From an uncultured Acidimicrobium sp. (GTDB lineage: Bacteria; Actinomycetota; Acidimicrobiia; Acidimicrobiales; Ilumatobacteraceae), in NCBI GenBank assembly GCA_903895515.1, contig CAITUB010000008.1:1-49923 (forward strand): DNA of 49,923 bases. Reading direction: 5' to 3'. The notes beneath the pieces were generated by a model that was given only the letters and a program-made list of their open reading frames with translations, searched no databases and was not told the origin of the DNA. The position numbers and the translations under genes are program-made. This document shows positions 27,347-35,899 of the stretch, in pieces; the stretch's first letter is position 1; each line of letters starts with the position of its first letter.

Positions 27347-28528
27347 ATGTACACAAGCGTTAAAAACGACCTGAAGAAGACCCTCGAAGACATTCAAACT
27401 GCGGGTTTATACAAGCGTGAGCGTTTGATTGACTCTCCGCAGGCTTCACATGTTCTCAGCAGCACTAAAGACCTCATTAACTTTTGCTCAAACAACTACA
27501 TGGGACTCGCCAATAATTCTGCGATTATTTCAGCGGCCAAAGAGTCGCTCGATATCAATGGCTTTGGCATGGCAAGCGTGCGGTTTATTTGTGGAACCCA
27601 GTCGCAACACGATGAACTTGAATCACGTTTGTCCATATTGCTCGGAACCGACGCCACCATTTTGTTTCCTTCGTGCTTCGATGCAAATGGTGGAGTATTC
27701 GAAGTATTGCTCGACCAAGACGACGCCGTTATTTCAGACGAACTAAATCACGCCTCCATCATTGACGGAATTCGTCTGTGCAAGGCAACCCGTTACCGCT
27801 ACAAGAACCGCGACATGGCCGACCTCGAGGCCCAACTAGTTGCTGCTCGCGGCGCTCGTCGAACACTGATTGTCACCGACGGCGTGTTCTCCATGGACGG
27901 ATCGTTTGCTCCACTCAAAGAAATTTGTGACCTTGCCGACAAATACGAAGCGATGGTCATGGTGGATGACTCACACGCCGTTGGCTTCATTGGCGCAACA
28001 GGCGCAGGCACACCTGAAAAGTTTGGCGTTCGTGACCGCGTTGACATTATTTCGGGAACACTCGGCAAAGCGTTAGGCGGCGCATCTGGTGGCTACATTT
28101 CGGCGCACCAGGAAATCGTTGATCTACTTCGTCAACGTGCTCGCCCGTACTTGTTCTCCAACTCCATTCCACCAACGGTGGTGGCTGGATCGCTCGTTGC
28201 GCTCGATCTCGTTGCACAAGGTGCGAACACACGCGAAACCCTTCGAGAGAACGCTAAATATTTCCGCGATCAAATGGCAGCTGCAGGATTCACGTTGCTT
28301 CCAGGAGAGCATCCAATTGTTCCTGTCATGTTTGCCGACGAACACGAAGCCGTGCGCATGGCAGCAGAGCTATTCAAACTTGGCATCTACGTTGTGGCGT
28401 TTTCGTACCCCGTTGTGCCAATGGGTAAGGCTCGTATTCGCGTACAAGTGTGCGCAACGCACACGAAGGCAGATATCGATACTTGCGTTGCTGCGTTTGT
28501 TACTGCGCGCGAACTCGGCAACAACTAG
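27347..28528 (+). CDS. kbl: glycine C-acetyltransferase (2-amino-3-ketobutyrate CoA ligase)
   Basis: AONS-family PLP enzyme: DDSHAVGF, SGTLGKALGG (PLP Lys). 393 aa, paired with tdh. Confidence 0.88.
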   Translation: MYTSVKNDLKKTLEDIQTAGLYKRERLIDSPQASHVLSSTKDLINFCSNNYMGLANNSAIISAAKESLDINGFGMASVRFICGTQSQHDELESRLSILLGTDATILFPSCFDANGGVFEVLLDQDDAVISDELNHASIIDGIRLCKATRYRYKNRDMADLEAQLVAARGARRTLIVTDGVFSMDGSFAPLKEICDLADKYEAMVMVDDSHAVGFIGATGAGTPEKFGVRDRVDIISGTLGKALGGASGGYISAHQEIVDLLRQRARPYLFSNSIPPTVVAGSLVALDLVAQGANTRETLRENAKYFRDQMAAAGFTLLPGEHPIVPVMFADEHEAVRMAAELFKLGIYVVAFSYPVVPMGKARIRVQVCATHTKADIDTCVAAFVTARELGNN

Positions 28529-28538
28529 TCGCGTCTTG

Positions 28539-28994
28539 TTAGGCGCAAGCCTTCGCCAAGTTTTGCAGCGTCACTTCCATGTTTTTCCGGTTGTGTGTTG
28601 CGCGGTCAGCAACACCACTGACTAATTTGCCCAGAAATCCAGCGACAGCACCACGGTGATCTATCCAACTGTGTGTAACTCTGCAACCTGTAGCCGTTGG
28701 CTCAATCTCATACACCCAATCACACCAGTTTTTTCTGTTGACCATCAGCCCAAATGAAAACTTCTTTGGCGCATCGCATGCATTAACTACGACGTTTGTA
28801 CCCCACTTTTTCTTGCCATTTTTATTTCTGCCCTTAAATGTTGCGCCAATTGCTGGTCCCGTAGCTCCCTTGGCCCATTCTCCACCTTGGTTTTCAGGTG
28901 ACCACTCGCCCATCCGAGGCAAGTCGGTAATCATTGCCCATACTTTTTCTACTGGCGCATTGATCTCTACAGATACTGAAACTGGTGTCGTCAT
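28539..28994 (-). CDS. SRPBCC (START/polyketide cyclase-like) family protein
   Basis: VEINAPVEKVWAMITDLPRMGEWSPE is a typical N-terminus. 151 aa. Confidence 0.78.
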   Translation of the reverse strand: MTTPVSVSVEINAPVEKVWAMITDLPRMGEWSPENQGGEWAKGATGPAIGATFKGRNKNGKKKWGTNVVVNACDAPKKFSFGLMVNRKNWCDWVYEIEPTATGCRVTHSWIDHRGAVAGFLGKLVSGVADRATHNRKNMEVTLQNLAKACA

Positions 28995-29055
28995 CTCTTC
29001 ATTGTGTCACGACTCGGCAGTCATGCCCGGAATCACAACCGTTTTGCCGTGATAG

Positions 29056-30027
29056 TTACTGCGCGCTCCACTGGATAGCTAATCCGTCACGCGAAGCATT
29101 GCCTTCAATGCGTGCTCCACGAGCCACCATTACAGGTTCAATTTTTGCCCACAGTTTTGGCAACTTGTAGTGCACCACGCGTGGATACAGGTGATGCAAT
29201 AAGTGATGATCGTGCCCACGAATAAGCAACGTTGACCCAAGAAACGTTGCAACACGTGTATCGCGGTAACGCTCGGTTTCTTGATGCGGGTGATGTGGGT
29301 ACCAGCCAAAAATAAATGCAACCCACATGAATGCAAGGCGTGTGGCTACGTACCACAGCAGCAAAATCTCAGGCGCAAATCCTGCAATTGAGAACCCGAC
29401 CAATACGAATACGTCGATGAAGCTTCGTTTCACGCGCAGCTTCATGTCCTGCACATCCACTTCGGAACGTGAATCTGCGCCAAGTCGCTTGCCAACCCAC
29501 GTGGGAATAAATTTGCGAGTTACTGGCACAAGTGCAAACACTGGGGTAAGTAGCGACATCACCGACATTAAAACTGCAGATCCTGGAATGCGCTTTGGAT
29601 CTCCCGACAACACCATGTCTGGGTCTTTTCCAGGAACGTTGGTGTGCGCATGATGTTTCAAATGCGACAGTCGATGCTGGGTTAAGCCAAATGTAAAAAT
29701 CATCCCTGCCATTCGACCAACGAGTTCGTTCAGCCACTGCATCTTCGGATTATCGCCAGCCACATTTTTGTGCACACTCTCGTGCAATGGCATGTAAATC
29801 ATCGCCGAGCTCACTATGCAAATAGGAAAAGCAGCCCACAGTGAAATTTGCCCAGTAGATGCAAGTACAAATGCAACTACAAATGCAGCCCATGTGAACG
29901 CGAATTCAATTATTAAACGCCACGAAATGGTTGCTCTAAATGGCGCAACGATGTCGTTTTCTTCGCGCAACTGCGCTTTTCGGATATCCGTTGAATTCGG
30001 CTCAATGGCATCTGTGTTCATAACCAA
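29056..30027 (-). CDS. membrane fatty acid desaturase family protein
   Basis: Three His boxes: HESVH, HRLSHLKHHAH and HDHHLLHH. Several TM helices. Confidence 0.75.
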   Translation of the reverse strand: MVMNTDAIEPNSTDIRKAQLREENDIVAPFRATISWRLIIEFAFTWAAFVVAFVLASTGQISLWAAFPICIVSSAMIYMPLHESVHKNVAGDNPKMQWLNELVGRMAGMIFTFGLTQHRLSHLKHHAHTNVPGKDPDMVLSGDPKRIPGSAVLMSVMSLLTPVFALVPVTRKFIPTWVGKRLGADSRSEVDVQDMKLRVKRSFIDVFVLVGFSIAGFAPEILLLWYVATRLAFMWVAFIFGWYPHHPHQETERYRDTRVATFLGSTLLIRGHDHHLLHHLYPRVVHYKLPKLWAKIEPVMVARGARIEGNASRDGLAIQWSAQ

Positions 30028-30036
30028 AACTTACAT

Positions 30037-31248
30037 CTATTCGATGCGTAGGCCCGAGATGGCGCGCGAAATGACCAACTGCTGAATCTCTGAAGTGCCT
30101 TCAAAGATGGTGTGAATCTTGGCGTCACGGTGCCAGCGCTCCACTGGGTATTCGCGTGTGTAGCCATAGCCACCCAAGATTTGAATGGCGTCTTCCGTTA
30201 CTCGTACCGACATTTCAGATGCGAAGTACTTGCTCTGTGAACCTTCGGCATTCTTATAGCCTCCGTTCTTTGCAAGCCACGATGCACGCCAGATGAGCAA
30301 ACGTGCTGCATCAATTTGGGTAATCATGTTGGCAAGTTTGAACGCAATTGCTTGGTTCATAATGATTGGCTTGCCAAATGCATGACGCTCTTTTGCGTAA
30401 TCCAATGCGTATTCATACGCAGCACGTGCAACACCAAGTGCTTGTGCACCTACTGCTGGGCGAGTTGCTTCAAAGGTTGCCATTGCAGGCTGCTTGCCGC
30501 TTGACGTTCCTTCGCGGTAGCGAGCAAGTTTGGCATCGAGCTTTTCTTTTCCGCCCAACAAGCAACGACCAGGTACACGCACATTGTCAAGCACTACTTC
30601 TGCTGTGTGGCTTGCACGAATTCCATGTTTCATATATTTCTGACCCTGTGACAAGCCTTTTGTTCCTGGAGGAATAATGAAGCTTGCCTGACCACGGCCC
30701 TTAAGTTCTGGGTCAACTGCAGCAACAACCACGTGCACGTTGGCAATTCCGCCGTTGGTGATCCACGCCTTCGTTCCGTTGATTACCCACTCGTCATTCG
30801 CTTCGTCGTATACCGCACGCGTGCGCAAGTTTGATACGTCGCTACCTGCATCAGGTTCGCTCACGCAGAATGCGCCAAGCTTTACATCGTCAGCTGTTCC
30901 ATAACACTGTGGAACCCACTCCATCATTTGCTCCGGTGTTCCGTTACCTGCAATACCTGCTGCAGCAAGACCTGAACCCATGATTGCCATGCCAATACCA
31001 GCATCGCCCCAGAACATTTCTTCGATAGCAACCACCATGGTGAGACCACTTGGGTCGGCCATTGCATTCATAATGAAATCCAGACCGTACAAACCAATTT
31101 TTGCGGCTTCCTGCACGACTGGCCATGGGAACTCTTCTTTTTCATCCCACTCATGTGCTGCAGGACGAATGGTGTCTACTGCAAACTGGTGGATCCAGTT
31201 CTTGAGTTGTATTTGGTCATCGTTGAGTGCAAGGGAAAAATCAGCCAT
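30037..31248 (-). CDS. acyl-CoA dehydrogenase
   Basis: CVSEPDAGSD, WITNGG and a C-terminal IFEGTSEIQ motif. ATG at 31248 (MADFS); an alternative GTG lies at 31254. Confidence 0.88.
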   Translation of the reverse strand: MADFSLALNDDQIQLKNWIHQFAVDTIRPAAHEWDEKEEFPWPVVQEAAKIGLYGLDFIMNAMADPSGLTMVVAIEEMFWGDAGIGMAIMGSGLAAAGIAGNGTPEQMMEWVPQCYGTADDVKLGAFCVSEPDAGSDVSNLRTRAVYDEANDEWVINGTKAWITNGGIANVHVVVAAVDPELKGRGQASFIIPPGTKGLSQGQKYMKHGIRASHTAEVVLDNVRVPGRCLLGGKEKLDAKLARYREGTSSGKQPAMATFEATRPAVGAQALGVARAAYEYALDYAKERHAFGKPIIMNQAIAFKLANMITQIDAARLLIWRASWLAKNGGYKNAEGSQSKYFASEMSVRVTEDAIQILGGYGYTREYPVERWHRDAKIHTIFEGTSEIQQLVISRAISGLRIE

Positions 31249-31280
31249 GCGCACAAGTTACCGCACGGTAAGCGCCACGG

Positions 31281-33287
31281 CTACTTCGTACGGGTAACGG
31301 GAATTTGCAGCAGTGCCGGCGCAATTGACTCCAAAATGAGCTTCGCGCCTGGCTTATATACGTGTACTCCATCCCAGCGGTAGCTCAGGCTGTTAGCAAT
31401 CTTTGGGTCGGTGCACCATTCCTTGGGGCCGTTCACGAAATACACCCCATCGTTTTCAGGGGCGGCCATTTCGCGCATCAATGCGTTCAGGTGACTAGTG
31501 CGAGTGTCATCGCCGCGCTGCGGCAATGGTGGAACTGGCCCACCTTTCGATTCAACCGGTCGCATACATGCAACTTCAAGCAATGCAACAGCCACATTTT
31601 GTTTACGCAGCGCATCGATACCTCGCTGCAATTGCGTTTTGAAAATGGTGTCTGCAGGAACAGTGTTCAGCTTGAACAAAAAGCTATTGATTTGTAAGTC
31701 CATTACTTCCCACGCGCCAATAACAACGAGAGCGACATCTGCACGTGACGCAGCAGCAGTCTTTGCCCACTTCGTCTCAAAACCTTTGCAGTTTTCAAAG
31801 TTGCGACGGAACTTCCCTGTTGCTCCACCAATGCCAACACCTCGGTCATACACACCACAGCCGTCAATTGAACCGTCAGTAATGTCGAATGTCTTTTCAA
31901 TGCCGCTTGGTTTATTGATGGCAATGGCGTGTGCTTGCGAATCACCAACAATCAGCAAACGTCGTGGAAGCTTTGCCAGTGTTGTGCTGGTAACTGGAGT
32001 GTTGGCCAGTGTGGTGACTGAACCAGGAACACTCGTTGGCACAACAAAGACCACGTCTGCATTTCCAGTATCAACCGAAACATCGCGTGCCTGAATTCCC
32101 GACAATTGCACGCTTGTCACTCCAGCAAGTGCAACGAGAACTGCGGTGAGTACAACTGGGAGTCGGCGACGCATGGCAGACAATTGTCGCCGTTGACGCA
32201 ACCAATTACCAATCGCCCCTTTTCGCGCTGGCGTTTCAATGAATTGATACACGAATTCATTTACAATGACAGTTGCGGTTAGTGCATATGCAAGACGGAT
32301 TGACGACAGCCGCGCACTGGTCACAACAAAAATTGGCCAATGCCATAAATAGAGGCCGTATGAACGGCGACCAATTTCGACCAGCAGTGGGATCGACAGC
32401 ACTTCCTTGACTAATGAATTTCCAGAACGTACGACGACCGCAATGACGACGACTGATGCAACGGTTGCGGCAGCGAGACCGCCTACGTACAACCGCTCGT
32501 CGGCAACATGAATAACAGCGGCAATGTAGCCAAGTGTTGCGAACGCTCCGAGCGCCAGCACGTCTGAAACCGCTGCTCGCACTTTGGCAAATTTCGTAGA
32601 TGCTTTTTTCCATGGACGCCATGCACATGCCAGGGCTGCGCCAAGCAGCAAACCGCTCGATCGAGTGAGTGTGCTCAGGTACAAAAAGTTGATGCGAGTT
32701 TCATTGTCGGCAATAAAAGCCAGCGCGGTCCCCACCATTACCCCAGCTGCCAATAGCCCAATGACTACCGATGAAATCCATCGTGGAACGCGCTTGTTGC
32801 CCAGCACAAACACAAACACAATTGGCCACAGCACATACCACTGCTCCTCGACTGCGAGCGACCATAGGTGGCGAAGCATGGGCAATGAGTTCGCGGCGAA
32901 ATATGGCGTATCTACGAAATAGATTTGCCACCAGTTGGAGAAGTACCCAAGTGCTGGTCCAACATCACGACGGAAATCGGGTGCAGAATCCTTCGCAAAA
33001 AACGTCACTGCAACGAGTGCAACAACCAGCATCGTGAACAACGCTGGAAGCAACCGACGTGCACGCCGAATCCAAAATTGTTTCAGGCTCACGCTGCCTG
33101 AAACGTGCTGTTCGTCAATGAGCAGCGACGTGATGAGAAAACCACTAACAACGAAAAACACTTCAACTCCAATAAACCCACCTGGGATCCAATGCACTCC
33201 CGCGTGATACAACATGACCGCAATAACACTGAGTGCTCGAAGGCCATCGAGTGCAGGCTGATAGCCCATGCGTGTTTCTTCGCTCAT
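31281..33287 (-). CDS. acyltransferase family 3 (OafA-like) fused to a C-terminal SGNH hydrolase domain
   Basis: PALDGLRALSVIAVMLYHAG N-terminus, about 10 TM helices, then LLIVGDSQAH (SGNH block I). 668 aa. Confidence 0.82.
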   Translation of the reverse strand: MSEETRMGYQPALDGLRALSVIAVMLYHAGVHWIPGGFIGVEVFFVVSGFLITSLLIDEQHVSGSVSLKQFWIRRARRLLPALFTMLVVALVAVTFFAKDSAPDFRRDVGPALGYFSNWWQIYFVDTPYFAANSLPMLRHLWSLAVEEQWYVLWPIVFVFVLGNKRVPRWISSVVIGLLAAGVMVGTALAFIADNETRINFLYLSTLTRSSGLLLGAALACAWRPWKKASTKFAKVRAAVSDVLALGAFATLGYIAAVIHVADERLYVGGLAAATVASVVVIAVVVRSGNSLVKEVLSIPLLVEIGRRSYGLYLWHWPIFVVTSARLSSIRLAYALTATVIVNEFVYQFIETPARKGAIGNWLRQRRQLSAMRRRLPVVLTAVLVALAGVTSVQLSGIQARDVSVDTGNADVVFVVPTSVPGSVTTLANTPVTSTTLAKLPRRLLIVGDSQAHAIAINKPSGIEKTFDITDGSIDGCGVYDRGVGIGGATGKFRRNFENCKGFETKWAKTAAASRADVALVVIGAWEVMDLQINSFLFKLNTVPADTIFKTQLQRGIDALRKQNVAVALLEVACMRPVESKGGPVPPLPQRGDDTRTSHLNALMREMAAPENDGVYFVNGPKEWCTDPKIANSLSYRWDGVHVYKPGAKLILESIAPALLQIPVTRTK

Positions 33288-34450
33288 GCTGCGTGATGCA
33301 ACGAGCGACGTGATGCAACAACAATGGCAACGAGGTACACACCAGCACCAAGTGTGAACGGCGCACCGATACCAATGTGGTCAAAGGCCAAACCAGCAAG
33401 CGGCGGACCAATAACACGTGCGAGTGCGTTTGACGACTGTTGAAAACCAAGCACTTCTCCGCGCTTTGCTTCTGGAGCAGAGTTGGCAACAAGTGTTGTC
33501 AGCGAAGGGCTTGCAATTCCTGCACCAATAACCATCAAGGCAAGAGCAAGAAACAACACCGGCCATACAACAGCTGCACCAAGGAACAACATTCCCACCG
33601 CAACGAACACTTGACCCATTCGTAGCAACTTCAACGAGCCAAACTTTTCTGTAAGCGGGCCAATCAACCCACCTTGCACCGCAGACATCAGTAATCCAAC
33701 TGCAAGAAATACAGCAGCCGTTGATGCTTCGGTCAAGTTAAATCGTGATCCGCCAAACAGCGAAAACGTTGCTTCAAAACCTGCGAATGGAAGTGTGGAG
33801 AAGAACCCGATGGCAACCCAGGAAGAAATGCTCCGGTGTTTGCGCTCATGCGTTTCGACTGGAACTTCTTCTCGTGCAGTTTTGGTTTCTGGCAAGCGAA
33901 TGATTGCTGCAACCGCGTTGATTGATGCAAGTACACCTGCAACATAAAAAGGAACGTGCGGTCCGCCAAGTGCTGCAAGGCCACCAAGTGCTGGTCCAAC
34001 TACAAACCCAACGCCGAATGCCATGCCCAACATGCCAAGCATTCGCGCGCGTTGCTTTGGCGCACCAAGATCGGCGATCGCACTTTGTGCCACCGACACA
34101 CTCGCTCCCGATGCTCCATCAATTAGGCGACCCGCGAACAACACCCACAGCGCACCTGCAGCACCAGTGATAAAGCTGCCGATTGCAGTTCCGATTAATG
34201 AAATAACAATGACCGGTTTGCGACCAACTCGGTCTGACCAGCGACCAAGAATTGGTGAGAACACCATTTGGGCTAATGAAAACGAGGCAAACAACAGGCC
34301 CACCTGAAATCCGTTCGCACCAAAGCGGTCGGCATAGCGGCCAAGAATTGGTGCAACAATGCCGAACCCGACCATGTCGAGTGCAACGGTTGACCAGATG
34401 ACCCAAAAGCCACGCGGCAACGGTTCCCGAACTGTTTTTTCAGCGTTCAT
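33284..34450 (-). CDS. MFS transporter
   Basis: 388 aa, 12 TM helices. GRWSDRVGRKPV motif A. 4-nt overlap with the downstream acyltransferase gene. Confidence 0.85.
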   Translation of the reverse strand: MNAEKTVREPLPRGFWVIWSTVALDMVGFGIVAPILGRYADRFGANGFQVGLLFASFSLAQMVFSPILGRWSDRVGRKPVIVISLIGTAIGSFITGAAGALWVLFAGRLIDGASGASVSVAQSAIADLGAPKQRARMLGMLGMAFGVGFVVGPALGGLAALGGPHVPFYVAGVLASINAVAAIIRLPETKTAREEVPVETHERKHRSISSWVAIGFFSTLPFAGFEATFSLFGGSRFNLTEASTAAVFLAVGLLMSAVQGGLIGPLTEKFGSLKLLRMGQVFVAVGMLFLGAAVVWPVLFLALALMVIGAGIASPSLTTLVANSAPEAKRGEVLGFQQSSNALARVIGPPLAGLAFDHIGIGAPFTLGAGVYLVAIVVASRRSLHHAA

Positions 34451-34467
34451 GATGAGTGGAACCGAAT

Positions 34468-35835
34468 CTAACTGCGACGCACTCGCGTGCCGTCTTTCGT
34501 GGTTTCCACCACATAGCCAGCCGCTTGAAGTTCATCACGAATGGCGTCAGCTTGTGCGAAGTCTTTTGCTTTTCGTGCGGCGTCCAAAGCGTTTGCGCGC
34601 TCCACGATTGCAGAATCAATATCGTCCCCTGCACTCAACTTCAGACCAAGCGCTTGTGTCATTTCGGTAACTGCACTCGCAAGTGCGGCAGTGGTCGCAC
34701 TGTCACCAGATTCTGCTGCGATGTTTGCGCGACGCACGGCATCAAAAATAAGCGCCATTGCCGATGACGTGTCCAAGTCGTTGTCCATGTGCGTGCGGAA
34801 CTGCGCAATCACGGTTGCATCTGCCTGCGCGGTTGGCAGCGAAGCATTCGCCATACGGTTAGCGAATCCATCCAGACCAGCAAGTGAATTCACTGCAGCA
34901 TCAATGTTGTCTTGACCAACTTTTACCGGTGAGCGATAGTGCGTTTGCAACAGCAACATGCGGTACGCGCGTGGGTCGTAGTGCTGCACCAAGTCCACCA
35001 GGTTCGTTACATTGCCAAGGCTCTTCGACATTTTTTCGCCTTCGGTATCGACAACAAAACCGTTGTGCATCCAGTGCTGCGCGAACGTTTTCCCGAGTGC
35101 CACCGCTTGCGCGCGTTCGTTTTCGTGATGCGGGAAACGCAAGTCCGCTCCGCCGCAATGCAAGTCGAATCCTTCGCCCAATAATTCCAAACTCATGACC
35201 ACGCACTCACTGTGCCAGCCAGGCCTGCCCGCTCCCCATGGCGATTCCCAACTTGGTTCACCAGGTTTCGAAAACTTCCACAATGCAAAGTCTGCTGATT
35301 GACGCTTTTGTGCAGCACCAAGAACTTCCCGATCGCCACCGCCACTCAACATGTCATCCAAACTCTGATGCGCAAGTAAGCCGTAATCGGGAACAGATGA
35401 AATGTCTAGATACACGCCATCATCAGTGGTGTACGCAGCGTTGCGTGACATGAGGTCACCAATCATTGCCACCATCTGTTCTACGTATTCAGTTGCATGG
35501 GGAACATCAGTTGGGCGCGACACGCCAAGCTCACCCATTGCCTTAAACCAGATGTCTTCACACTTGTGCGTGATCTCGGTCCAGTCGCGATTTTCTCGAT
35601 TCGCGCGGTCAATAATTTTGTCGTCAATGTCGGTGATATTCGACACCAGTCGAACCTGCACGCCTGACCACTCCAAGTAACGCCGCAAGATGTCGTACAC
35701 CAATGTGGCTCGACCATGACCCAAATGCGGTGGCCCGTACACAGTTGGACCGCACAAATAGATGCCCAACTTGCCTGGCTCTCGCATTTTCAGTTCGCGC
35801 ACATCGCGCGTAACGGTGTCGTACAAATGCAGCAC
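34468..35835 (-). CDS. cysS: cysteine--tRNA ligase
   Basis: HLGH (HIGH), KMSKSLGN, and a C-terminal KDFAQADAIRDEL...G domain. 455 aa, GTG start. Confidence 0.9.
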   Translation of the reverse strand: MLHLYDTVTRDVRELKMREPGKLGIYLCGPTVYGPPHLGHGRATLVYDILRRYLEWSGVQVRLVSNITDIDDKIIDRANRENRDWTEITHKCEDIWFKAMGELGVSRPTDVPHATEYVEQMVAMIGDLMSRNAAYTTDDGVYLDISSVPDYGLLAHQSLDDMLSGGGDREVLGAAQKRQSADFALWKFSKPGEPSWESPWGAGRPGWHSECVVMSLELLGEGFDLHCGGADLRFPHHENERAQAVALGKTFAQHWMHNGFVVDTEGEKMSKSLGNVTNLVDLVQHYDPRAYRMLLLQTHYRSPVKVGQDNIDAAVNSLAGLDGFANRMANASLPTAQADATVIAQFRTHMDNDLDTSSAMALIFDAVRRANIAAESGDSATTAALASAVTEMTQALGLKLSAGDDIDSAIVERANALDAARKAKDFAQADAIRDELQAAGYVVETTKDGTRVRRS

Positions 35836-35850
35836 GGGTCAAGCCTAGAG

Positions 35851-35879
35851 GCGCAACAAGATGCCAAGCCCAGTTGCGC
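35851..35879. repeat. 7-bp inverted repeat in the cysS / valS divergent spacer
   Basis: GCGCAAC (35851-35857), 15 nt, GTTGCGC (35873-35879). Confidence 0.5.
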
Positions 35880-35899
35880 TCCAATACAGTTGAACCGCG

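Noticed and set aside
28089-28625. 178-aa alternative-frame ORF over the 3' half of kbl
   Set aside because: The kbl frame carries the PLP-lysine and AONS-family motifs. The alternative frame has none.
31498-32094. 198-aa plus-strand ORF inside the acyltransferase/SGNH gene
   Set aside because: It is antisense to a gene with clear family motifs and has no motif of its own.
34468-35835. Possibility that the CysS-like gene is MshC (mycothiol ligase) rather than cysS
   Set aside because: It is full length (455 aa) and has the C-terminal anticodon-binding/KDFAQADAIRDEL-type domain that MshC lacks. Only phylogeny would settle this.
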